From a virus, in the IMG/VR virus record IMGVR_UViG_3300045988_176782, positions 1 to 64,000 of that record: a stretch of 64,000 bases of DNA, one strand, 5' to 3'. The stretch's first letter is position 1. Every line of letters starts with the position of its first letter. The position numbers and the translations under genes are program-made. The notes beneath the pieces were generated by a model. That model had not been told where the DNA came from. It did not search any database and was given only the letters and a program-made list of their open reading frames with translations. Of the stretch, positions 32,307 through 42,368 are shown piece by piece.

Positions 32307-32693
32307 ATGGATTTACTAAGACAAAAGAAATGCGCAAAAAGTATAATAATTTATGGATATAATCACGAATGCGATGAGGTCATTCTTACTATTGATAAAG
32401 CTTTTATTTCATACAATTCTATTAGATTAAGTAATCGTGCGAGCTTAAATCAATTAACTTTTCAATTCGCTTGTTTAACTGCGCAAGATTATGAAATTCT
32501 AAAAGCAGCTTGCGAGGAACGACCTTATTGGTCTTTTACTGCTGTGCTTAAAGAAATTTGGAATTCTGTTACAACAGATGAAGAAAGAATTATTGAGCGC
32601 AAGTATGGTCCATTTAATAGTATTCAATTAAGTTATGAACTTGACAACGAAACTCCAGCAGCGATATATACTCTAATTTTAAACAACAACTAA
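32307..32693 (+). CDS. hypothetical protein
   Basis: 128-aa ORF followed by a terminator. Confidence 0.45.
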   Translation: MDLLRQKKCAKSIIIYGYNHECDEVILTIDKAFISYNSIRLSNRASLNQLTFQFACLTAQDYEILKAACEERPYWSFTAVLKEIWNSVTTDEERIIERKYGPFNSIQLSYELDNETPAAIYTLILNNN

Positions 32694-32694
32694 T

Positions 32695-32721
32695 AAGAGG
32701 CTTTATGCCTCTTATTTTTTT
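32695..32721 (+). terminator. intrinsic terminator
   Basis: AAGAGGC-TTTAT-GCCTCTT hairpin followed by a T-run. Confidence 0.7.
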
Positions 32722-32730
32722 AGAAAAAAT

Positions 32731-32759
32731 TTGACAAAAAATATTTTTTAATTTATAAT
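32731..32759 (+). promoter_or_regulatory. sigma-70 consensus promoter
   Basis: TTGACA (32731-32736), 17-nt spacer, TATAAT (32754-32759). Confidence 0.6.
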
Positions 32760-32786
32760 AAGAAAAAAGGTTAGGGAGTAATCAAT

Positions 32787-33794
32787 ATGGCGCCTGGATG
32801 GATTGTGGTTATATGTATTGTTGGATTTTGGATAATATCAACAACGGTTTTTAGTGTTTATTTATTTAAAAGTCTTAAGAAAGATAAACAACTCAAACAA
32901 ACAATACAAGAAAAAGAAGAATATCTTGAAAAATTAGATTCTCAAATAAATAGCTTACATTTACAACTTACTGATTTAACTAATAGTTATAATTGTATTT
33001 GTGTAGATAAGCAATATGCTAATGATGAATTGCAACAACTTGTGCAACGATGCGACATACAATAGATTCAATTAAATAATCTTAATTCTACCATTAAAGA
33101 AAAGAAAGATTTTATTGAAAATGGAATTGAGTAGTTAGCCACGGCAAAGCATAATGAATTAAAATTACGCTTAGAAAACGAAACTAAAGAAGCTGACGAA
33201 AAAATTACAAAAGCACGATAGGATTGCGAATTATTAATTGCTAAATATACTTATGCCGCAAAAGACGCAAAAGATTAGTATCTTGCAGTTATAAGTGCGT
33301 TAAATAAAGTTGAAGAAAATTTAGTTAATATAATTAATATTTCTGATGCAGATAAATCAGACATAGAATTATTAACAACTTATGTAATTCCAAAAATTCA
33401 ACATACTGATACAATCTATAAATTGATTTGGTCAGAATATTATCAAACTCCGACAAACGAACTCTTAACAAATATTCTTCCAAATAATGATTGCTCTGGT
33501 ATTTACAAAATTACGAATTTAGAAAATAAAAAATGCTATATTGGCCGCTCCACAAATGTAAAGCGTCGTTTAATTGACCATATTAAAAGTTCTATTGGAA
33601 TCGGTACTATAGCAAATCAAAAAATACACGATGTAATGCGAGAAGAAGGGTTATGGAATTTCTCTTTTGAGCTTCTTGAAGAATGTGCAAAAGACCAATT
33701 AGGCGATAGAGAAAAATATTATATTGACTTCTTCCAGTCTAACCAGCCGCAATTTGGATATAATGTTGTGTCTGGTAGCGCATTTAAGGGGTAA
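32787..33794 (+). CDS. membrane-anchored coiled-coil protein with C-terminal T5orf172/GIY-YIG-like domain (DUF4041-like architecture), read through 4 in-frame TAG codons
   Basis: ORFs 32787..33065 and 33423..33794 are in the same frame. The 357 nt between them contain only TAG stops (33063, 33132, 33219, 33276) and read as coiled coil. The C-terminus has GIYKITN..CYIGRS.. Confidence 0.6.
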
Positions 33795-33796
33795 CA

Positions 33797-34213
33797 ATGC
33801 TTATACAACAATCAAAACCAGCAGAAAAAGATACCCAACTTTATATTAATGGAAACAATATTTCGTACTTTATTTCAGAACGCGGAGAAGGAAAAACCGC
33901 GGAAACTTTACGGCAAGCCATTTATCGTGGAAATGTTATTGTTGCACCTTGGGAAAAACCTTATGAACAATACGGTTTTAATAGATTTTGCGATAACGTA
34001 GTAAAACGAGACTATAAAATTACTTATTTAACACTTCATCAAATGGAAAAAATAAATGAAGAGGGCTTAGAAGAAAAATACAGTGAAAACCACCCTTTAG
34101 AAGTTTGTGTTGATGAAGGTCGTATTTTACTTCAAGAACTTTTACGAGAAAAAATTGGTGTGCCAGTTAAAGTTAATTTTATGGCTTTAGACACAGGAGA
34201 TATTGATACATGA
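33797..34213 (+). CDS. hypothetical protein
   Basis: 138-aa ORF. Confidence 0.45.
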   Translation: MLIQQSKPAEKDTQLYINGNNISYFISERGEGKTAETLRQAIYRGNVIVAPWEKPYEQYGFNRFCDNVVKRDYKITYLTLHQMEKINEEGLEEKYSENHPLEVCVDEGRILLQELLREKIGVPVKVNFMALDTGDIDT

Positions 34214-34518
34214 ATGAAACTGATTTTCAGAATTTACCTGAAATTACTGTCGCAGAAGCTACAGAAAAAGGATTAACCTCTATTGTGAATGCTGAGGATG
34301 CCGCGCCACCTCCTGATGTGTGGGTTCCCAATCGTGCAGAACGAAGGGCAATGAAGAAAAATTCTAAGAAAGCAATTAATAATATGCTTGCAGGAAATAA
34401 GTTTGCTCGCGGTTCAGCATTAGTGGATAAGAATACACGACAAGAACTTTATAAGGCCGCGTATGATAAATTAAAGGATTTTAAAACTGAAGAATATAGA
34501 CATCAAGCGAAAGGATAA
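34210..34518 (+). CDS. hypothetical protein
   Basis: 102-aa ORF with a 4-nt overlap onto the upstream gene. Confidence 0.45.
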   Translation: MNETDFQNLPEITVAEATEKGLTSIVNAEDAAPPPDVWVPNRAERRAMKKNSKKAINNMLAGNKFARGSALVDKNTRQELYKAAYDKLKDFKTEEYRHQAKG

Positions 34519-34527
34519 GATAAGATT

Positions 34528-34743
34528 ATGGTAGGAGTATCTGAACTAATTAAGGAAACTAAGACTTGGCGTGTTGAACATGAAGAAGATGCAATTGAAT
34601 TAATTAATGATTGGAAAGAAAATGCTGTTGATGGTGGCTATATTGTTAAAAAGTCTGGTTATGTGATTAAACAAAAGAAGTCAAAGGGCGAGATAGTTAG
34701 TGAATATTTTCTCGTGACCGTAGAAGTAAGTTATGAACTATGA
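34528..34743 (+). CDS. hypothetical protein
   Basis: 71-aa ORF. Confidence 0.4.
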   Translation: MVGVSELIKETKTWRVEHEEDAIELINDWKENAVDGGYIVKKSGYVIKQKKSKGEIVSEYFLVTVEVSYEL

Positions 34744-34753
34744 GGTATAAAAC

Positions 34754-35334
34754 ATGGATGAATTAGTTGCAATGATTGAACAATTACTTCAACTTGAAGA
34801 TTCAGTATTTAATGCTTCTCGTGAATTAATTGAAAAACGTATTCTTGAATCTCTTAGCGGCCCAGAAGGTGAGAAAGCAATTCACGCTACTGCGAATGTT
34901 TTCCGTCAAGAAGGATACAGCCGTATGGAAACTGTTCAAGCTTTAGAAACATTAAAAGAGAATTATGCTAATTTATTAGACTCTTTTAAAGGAAAAACCG
35001 AAAGCGAAGAAAAGAAGAAGTTTTTGGACAATCTAAAAGCCTCTTCGGTAGCATATTTTAATGCAGTTCTTCCCGTTTATGAAGCAGAACATCCCACAAT
35101 TTCTATTCAACTTCTGCGAGAAAGTGCAAAAGTCCCAACCTACGCGCATCATGGTGACCAAGGTTGCGATATTTACGCCGTAGAAGATACAATAGTAAAA
35201 CCGCGTACTTATGGTAATTTAATTCACACAGGAATTAAATTAAATATTCCACAAGGATGGGCCGTGGCGATTCGTCCTCGTTCAGGAATGAGTAAAAAAA
35301 CTCCTCTACGCTTGAGCAATTGCGTAGCAACCAT
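34754..35334 (+). CDS. dut: dUTPase with ~110-aa N-terminal extension, exon 1
   Basis: dUTPase motifs 1-2 (AHHGDQGCDIYA, RPRSG). The ORF breaks inside motif 3 (..SNCVATI|DSGYRGE). Confidence 0.8.
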
Positions 35335-36606
35335 AAACTAAAAAGGTTAAAAATAATGGCAAATTATTTACAAGGCTTAGATGATTTTATTCTTCAATAT
35401 TATCAAACTCTAAATACAAAACAAATCGCAGAAGCTTTCTCTTGTGACCCTGGAACAGTAAGAAAACATAAACAAAAATTAGGTATTTCTACTGAGCAGG
35501 AAAGAATTAAAAAATTACGAGAACAAACAGAATATATTTGTTCTCAATATGGAAAAAAGACAAGCACTGTATTAAGTAAAGAATTATCTTGTTCTACTTC
35601 TTTTATCTTTAAGATTTGGACAGAAAATCACTTGAGCGGGTCTATTTCAACAATATATTATTCTGATGAACAGCAATTTGAAACTATAGACACTCCTGAA
35701 AAAGCTTACTGGATTGGCTATATTGCTGCAGATGGTTGTTTATATGATAGACAAGGGCACCAGTCTTTACTTTCTTTATCAGTAGAGCAAACAGACGAAG
35801 AACTACTTCTAAACTTTAAAGAATTTTTACATAGCGAAAAACCCATAAAAACAGTTAAAGACGCTCGCAGAAATACTTATATGAGCTCATTGCAAATTAC
35901 AAGCAATAAAATAGGCAATGACTTAAAAAATATTGGAATTATTCCACAAAAAACTTGGGCAATTGATTTAAATGCAGTATTATCTCATATTCCAAATAAA
36001 TATTTCAGTGCATTTTTATTAGGATATATGGATGGTGATGGCAGTATTACTCGCGTTAATACTTCCAATACAATTTCTAAATGCCGAATCGCTATTGTTG
36101 GTCCAACAAGTTCTATGCAAGTTATTGCAAAGAAACTAACTGAATGGGGCATTGATGCTCATATAAATGAATTAAAAAGAGAGAAATATTCTAACTCTTT
36201 TAGCGAATTAAGTTTAACAAATAGTTCTGAAAAATATTGTTTTTTAAAATTGCTTTATACATACAACATTCCTTGTTTAAAACGAAAACAAGAAAGAGCG
36301 AATGAATTAATGCGAAGAATAAAAGAAAATGTTACTAATCGCGCGGAAAATAAAGAAGCCATTAAAAAGTATCAATCTGTGGTTGTAAAATGGGAAGAAT
36401 TGCTGGAAGCCTGAAATGGTAATCAGCAGCCGAGCCTAAAGCGTCAATAAATAACTTTAGGAAGGTTCAACGACTAACTGGTGAGTTAAGACAAACAATA
36501 ATCCAGACACGAGCATCCCACATCGTAAGATGATGATATAGTCTGAACAATAGAGAATAATAATCTATTGAAGTAAAAATTAAATGTTTTTACGATAACA
36601 TAATTG
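35335..36606 (+). mobile_element. group I intron carrying a LAGLIDADG homing endonuclease in the P1 loop
   Basis: Exon CAACCAU pairs perfectly with GUGGUUG at 36379-36385 (U.G at the splice site). The intron ends in G at 36606. The core motifs AATTGCTGGAA, AATCAGCAGCC, GGTTCAACGACTA and GATATAGTCTGAAC all lie downstream of the ORF. Confidence 0.8.
35356..36414 (+). CDS. LAGLIDADG homing endonuclease (intron-encoded)
   Basis: WIGYIAADGCL and LLGYMDGDGSI motifs. ATG 35356 is 21 nt into the intron. Confidence 0.85.
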   Translation: MANYLQGLDDFILQYYQTLNTKQIAEAFSCDPGTVRKHKQKLGISTEQERIKKLREQTEYICSQYGKKTSTVLSKELSCSTSFIFKIWTENHLSGSISTIYYSDEQQFETIDTPEKAYWIGYIAADGCLYDRQGHQSLLSLSVEQTDEELLLNFKEFLHSEKPIKTVKDARRNTYMSSLQITSNKIGNDLKNIGIIPQKTWAIDLNAVLSHIPNKYFSAFLLGYMDGDGSITRVNTSNTISKCRIAIVGPTSSMQVIAKKLTEWGIDAHINELKREKYSNSFSELSLTNSSEKYCFLKLLYTYNIPCLKRKQERANELMRRIKENVTNRAENKEAIKKYQSVVVKWEELLEA

Positions 36607-36802
36607 AGATAGCGGCTATCGCGGAGAAATTTGTGTGCTCTTTGATAATTTTTCTGATGAAGAAATAACAATACATCAAGGAGACCGAATTGCACAATTT
36701 ATTTTAGAAAAATGTTATAATGCTGATTTTGAACAAGTTACTGAAATTGCAGAAGATGAAACCGAACGTGGTTCAGGCGGTTTTGGGAGCTCAGGAAACT
36801 AA
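36607..36802 (+). CDS. dut: dUTPase, exon 2
   Basis: Encodes (I)DSGYRGEICVLF...GDRIAQ...RGSGGFGSSGN (motifs 3-5). Confidence 0.8.
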
Positions 36803-37530
36803 TGGCAATTAATATTTATACCGTCCAAAGCGATGCTATGGCTAATGGTTGGATTGTTTTGGACGAAGAATATAAAAATCTTAAAACCCCTATGAAGTGG
36901 TAGTGTCCGAAAGGGCATATCACTTCATAGACTTATGAAGATTGGAGAAAAAAACATCGGTGCGTAGAATGTGAAGAAGGCGGTTTATTTATTGCAAGAA
37001 ATAAGATTCTCCCACCAACTTCAGGCGTTTATCGTGTTTTATCTCTTGATGCTGCAACAGGAACAACAGGATGGTCAATTTTTGATAATAAGAAATTAAC
37101 TTCTTATGGAACCTTTTCAACAAATTCAGAACATTCAGCGACTGAGCGCATTAATGAAGTTAAAAAATGGTTAGCAAATAATTTAAAAATTTGGCAACCC
37201 AATGGCGTTGGAGTTGAGAATATTTAGTATCAACAACAACGTGGAGTCAAAACTTTTCAAACTTTAGCCAATCTCCAAGGCGTTTTAGTAGATTTTTTAT
37301 ATGAAAATGGATACAACTATTTACTTGCAGGTTCCTCCACTTGGCGCTCATATGTTGGTTTAAATCACGGCGATAAGCGAGAAACTGCAAAACAAGCAAC
37401 TCAAAATTGGATTTTATCACAATACAATATTTCAGCAACTCAAGATGAAGCTGATGCAATAGCGATGGGAGTTTATTTTTCTCATCAATTATATGATAAA
37501 AAGAAAATTACCTGGGGCGAAGAAATTTAA
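36802..37530 (+). CDS. ruvC: RuvC-like Holliday junction resolvase with N-terminal zinc ribbon, read through 3 in-frame TAG codons
   Basis: The ATG overlaps the dut TAA (TAATG). RuvC motifs are VLSLDAATGTTGWSIFD, GVENI(TAG)YQQ and DEADAIAMG. In-frame TAGs are at 36901, 36928 and 37225. The gene ends at TAA 37528-37530. It is absent from the standard-code ORF track. Confidence 0.7.
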
Positions 37531-37908
37531 ATGAAGATTACTTTGTATAATTTAATGCAATCAATGCCAATTTTCCAAAAGTTAGTCATCCAACCTTTCC
37601 CAGCTAAACAGGCTTTTTTATTAGCACGTTTAACAAAAAAGTTAGACGAGGAAATGACTAACTTCAATGATTGTCGCCGCGAACTTATTTTAAAGTATGC
37701 ACAAAAAGACGTAAATGGCGAAGCAATTTTTGAGAATGATTCTGTTAAATTAATGGAAGGCAAGGAAGCAGATTTTCAAAAGGAAAGTATTGATTTACTA
37801 AACACTGAAATTGAATTAGCCATTACTCCTATTAAGTTAGATTGGTTAGAAAATGCAACTTTAACTCCTCAAGAAATGGCAACTATTGAACCTTTTATTG
37901 AAGAATAA
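37531..37908 (+). CDS. hypothetical protein
   Basis: 125-aa ORF, the last gene of the + module. Confidence 0.45.
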   Translation: MKITLYNLMQSMPIFQKLVIQPFPAKQAFLLARLTKKLDEEMTNFNDCRRELILKYAQKDVNGEAIFENDSVKLMEGKEADFQKESIDLLNTEIELAITPIKLDWLENATLTPQEMATIEPFIEE

Positions 37909-37916
37909 AAAAATAA

Positions 37917-37947
37917 AGAGGGTAGCAGAAATGCTACCCTCTTTTTT
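37917..37947. terminator. bidirectional intrinsic terminator between convergent modules
   Basis: AGAGGGTAGC-AGAAAT-GCTACCCTCT hairpin flanked by an A-run upstream and a T-run downstream. Confidence 0.75.
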
Positions 37948-40900
37948 ATGCTTCAACTAATTTTACAGTTTTTCCTTTACTTGTGATTGTCCCATCATAA
38001 TATAAGACAAATTCTGCTTGACTTGCATCTTGGCTACCAGCCATTAATACAACATCTTTAGCGTTCTTTGCGGTGCCGTTTAGGCATACATAACCTTCAC
38101 CGCTACCAATGGTTAATTTTCCCGTTAAATGTAAATTACCATTCTAATCAGTGTATAATGTTTTCTATTTACTCGTATTATACATCGCTAAACCATACTA
38201 AGAATTAGCATCAGTAGTTCCAGTGTAATGGCGGCCTAATTGGACTAAACGATTACCAGACTAATCATAGACTTCAAAACCATTTTCACTTGTAATACGA
38301 ACAGAATTATTTTGCGCGCCAATCCTTAATCCATTCCAATCTAAGGAAAGTAATTCTGTTCCCTTTTTCTGGAATAATAAGCCATTCTCATTGAATCTTA
38401 CGAAAGTTGTAGTATCAATATTTAAAGCATTATTAGTAGAGCTAACAGTAGTATCATCGCCAAAGGCATACAAGCCACTTTCATTCCATTGGAAACGAGT
38501 TTGATCACCGCTAAGAATACGAATAAATTTAGTATCAATTTGACCTGCGGTAATAAGCGAGGCGTTAATGCCTTTTGGTGTAATGCCCGTACTCCAAATT
38601 CGTTCGCCTTCTGCGTCAACAGAGTCAGAACAGAAGATGCCACCACCAATTAACTTAATCTAACCATAAACTCCATTGCGATAAGAGCTTTCATTGGTAA
38701 TAATCATACCGCCAGATTTATCTAAGGTAAGAGTGTTATTACCAAATTCAAAGTGCGCATTTGTGTTATCTAAAGTTTGTTGTAGTGTTTCTTGCGCAAT
38801 TTCGCCATTAGAAGTAAATGCCTATGCCGCAATATTATATTGAGTTTGATTTTGCTTCATTGCTTCATTTTGAGCAGAAATTGAAGAAAACAAATCTTCA
38901 AATTTTGTCTTATAATTAGCAATAGTGATTGTATCTTTAGAGGGCTAATCTAATTGATATTTTATGCCAGAAACATAACCACGCTCACGTTCAGCATCAA
39001 TTGTCCAGTCACAAACATAAACAAGTTGGCCAAGTTCAATATGTTCCATTTCGTCAGGAATATTTCCTATTTCAACTTCATAAGAATATTTAGGCTTGGA
39101 ATTATCCTTTGCAACTTGCCGCGCATCCAAATATAGCATCTCATTCGCACGAGAAACCTAATAAATAATATTATAATCAAAATCAAGAATATATTTAATT
39201 AGATTATTGTTTGTAACTTTTAAAGTAATATATGGTCGCCCTTCACGAAGCATAATTTGGTAATCTTCGTATTTAATTAAATCAGGATTATTTTCTACTT
39301 CGCCTTCAGCATTAATAGTATGCGTAGCATTACAATGAACAACTAAATTATCAGAATTATAATTAACATTTCTATAATCTAATTTAACTCGTGGATAAAC
39401 AATAGGATATTGAGTTATGTCATTAGAGGTAATTGTTAATTTTGGGTTATATTGTCGTACTGCTGTTGCGGACGCAGCATAAGATACTTGAGTGTAATTC
39501 TCATAATTAATGTCTGTAGCATTAAGTAATGCAACTGGAATAATATGAGGATTATCTTTATCCTTACTTGTATTTAAGAAAGAGAAAATGAAACCGCCAT
39601 TATTATAAAGACTTCTTACGCCTAAAAATTGTTGTAAGCCTGCAAAACGAGAGGTAATGTCGATTGCCAAAGAAGAAGCTTCCTCTTTAGATAACCATAA
39701 AATAGGTCGTAATGTTGTATTTGTGGGAGTATTATAATATAATAAAACTTTTCTAATATAACCAAAAATAGGAGTATTGTCTACAACGCCAGTATCACCT
39801 GGGTCTAATTTTAAATATAAATGCGAACCTTTAGGCAAAGTATCCGGAAGATTAAAATAGAAGAAATCAGAGTTATAACAAATTCTATATTGCTGAGTTT
39901 TTGTTAATCCAGATTCTTCCGTAATCTCTGCGCTAAATTCAGGATGCTCAAGTTCAATAACAAATTCTTCAACATTATCTAAAGCGTTAGACTGATATAA
40001 TTCTGAAAGATCAATATAAGGGTAATATTTATTTTCGTATTTTACCGCAGTTTCTGTATTAGCAATTACATAATAATTCTTCTATTCGTCCTCAAATAAT
40101 TTATCATCAAAAATATAATAAGTATTTGTTTCAGGATGACTATTCTCTCTTGAAAATACAGTATTAATGCCTTGGCCTGGATCTTCATAATCTTCTGCTT
40201 GCCAATATCCTTCACGAACCGCGGGGCCAAGTAAGCGTTCAAATTGGTAATTTAAATCTTCTTTTTCTTTCTATAATTCTTCACGAGCAAGAGTATTATT
40301 TTGTATCTATTGATTTAAACCGCATTTGGTAATGTTTGGATCTTCGTGGTCAATCTTTTCTTCAAGAAGTTTAATGGCATCTTCTTTTTCCACAATTGTT
40401 GCTTCAAAGCGCGTGCAAATTGCTGCATATTTATTCTTTGGCCAATAAGATAGTTTGAAATACACAATGGCGCCAGTTGAAAAATTATCAAAACCAGTTT
40501 GACTATTCTCTAAAGAAGTATAAACTGTGCTTGGGAAACCATCTTCATCAGTCATAATAAACCAATCATTAGGTAAAGAAGCGGCTTGCCCTGGAGAAGA
40601 TTTTACAAAATAAGGCGCCGGTATATTAGGGTCTGTGCTACCATATTTAAATAAACATTTTTTGCCTTTAGAAGGATTGTGTTCGTAGGCAGAATTGTTA
40701 TAGCATTCAATCGTAGAAGCATCAATACCAGTAACTCTAAATGTACCTTGGTTTATATTTGAAGCTGTTTGTGGAACAAGCGTAACAGAATAAGAGTTAT
40801 GCTCATCTTTTACAACGGGCTGTTTATAAGTATCATTATCGCGTAAAGTTTGATAATTGCCTAATTGCTCTTGTGCGCTTGCTAATTCCGCTTTTGCAGT

Positions 40901-42346
40901 AGCCAATTCTGCTTGAGTGTCATTTAAGGAAATAGTTAAATCATTATAATCTTGCTCTAATTTAATATACGCGCGATTGATGATATTTAACTATGTTTTA
41001 TAAGTATGTTCAATCCAATCATATTGTTCATCAGTGACTGAACCAATAGAATGAAGATAATCAAAGTTAAGAATAAATTCATCCAGTAAAGGATTACTTG
41101 GTGTATCCGCAATACTAACATAACCAGTATCAGAAATTTCAGACTGTAAAGGAGTTACATACAATTTCGTATAAATTTCACTGCTATCAATAGTGCGGCT
41201 AATAGACTGCAAATTATGTTGATAATTAATCGTATATGGGTCATCAGTTTTAATCGCGCGATTATAAAATACAACTCGTTTGCCTGTCCAAACGCGGCCA
41301 ATCTCATCCCAATAGGTGCCACGAAAATAGCCGTGGTCATCTACTTCATACTCATAAGTACAAAATACGCCAAAAGCTTCTGCAATGTCTTGGGTAATAT
41401 TATATTTATTGCTATTAGAACAATTTACATAACGCGCTTTTTCTTCAAAAGAGGTTACTTTTGTGGGTACTAATTGTTCATATAAAACTTTGTCATTTTT
41501 ATCTTTTACTGGCCAAGTAATCCAATTGGTAACATAAGCATCTTCGTAAATAGTTTCTTCATCACGAATTTGATACAACTATCTACTTGAGCCAGAATTA
41601 ATAACTAACCAATTTTTATCCTTATTATTTAATGTTTCTGCCGCGCCGCGTGCATTATAAAAACTACATCCATCTAATTGTGCGGCCATACCACCGTCAA
41701 TAAGGAAGTCACTTACATCCTAAAAATAACCGCGCCAGTCCATACGGATTTCATAACTCCAAGGAGTAAGCCAACGAATGACATTACCAGCTTCATCGCG
41801 GATATTCGGAAACACTTTATCTAGCCAATAATTAATATTGGCGACAGTATCACTATCTTTAGCAAAATCAATTTCTAATGTGTCTGCGGTTAGTTCAAGT
41901 TTATAACCAATTTTACCCAATTCGGCAAAAGCCAATCCATTACCAGTGACTTCTTTATAAACTCCAAAACTATTATCACGCCGATTTACAATTTTATCAA
42001 TAATGAAAGGAAAAACTTTTGTAATATAACCATCTTCAACAGAATCATCAGCGAATTGAATACTAACTTTTAATACTCGTGTATTTTCTGCTAATATTCC
42101 AGTTTCAATGTCTTTCCATCTTGGATTAGTAATTCGTTCATTAGGAACTTCACTAATGAAATATTTTGGAATTTTTAATGTTAAGGTCTGCGTTCCATCA
42201 TCCTTTATCTCCATCGCCGGTTCTACGACTTGACCCAAATAGTGGTCGTCATAGGACTACAAGTTTCCGATAAAATTGTCTTGTAGTCCATAGACGTCAA
42301 TCTTATATGGGCGGGATTTTTGAGATAGATTAAATTTAACGCTCAA
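37946..42346 (-). CDS. Tal-like tail tip/tail-associated protein (~1466 codons), read through many TAG codons
   Basis: RBS GGAGGG plus TTG 42346. The N-terminus (SVKFNLSQKSRPYKIDVYGL..EIKDDGTQTLTLKIP) resembles prophage tail endopeptidase/Tal proteins. Fragments 41720-42238, 40991-41578, 40307-40906, 39158-39838, 38945-39139 and 38261-38473 all share one frame and are separated by TAG. I hand-translated 37946-38263 (TAGs at 38144, 38165, 38198) down to TAA 37946-37948. Confidence 0.65.
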
Positions 42347-42368
42347 TTAAATCCCTCCAATACTCTTT

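Noticed and set aside
9531-36606. Inteins as the explanation for the interrupted topoisomerase, DHH, DnaE and dUTPase genes
   Set aside because: The inserts begin with in-frame stop codons, and their endonuclease ORFs are in different frames with their own RBSs. The inserts also carry shared RNA core motifs and exon/guide pairings. They are therefore introns, not in-frame protein splicing elements.
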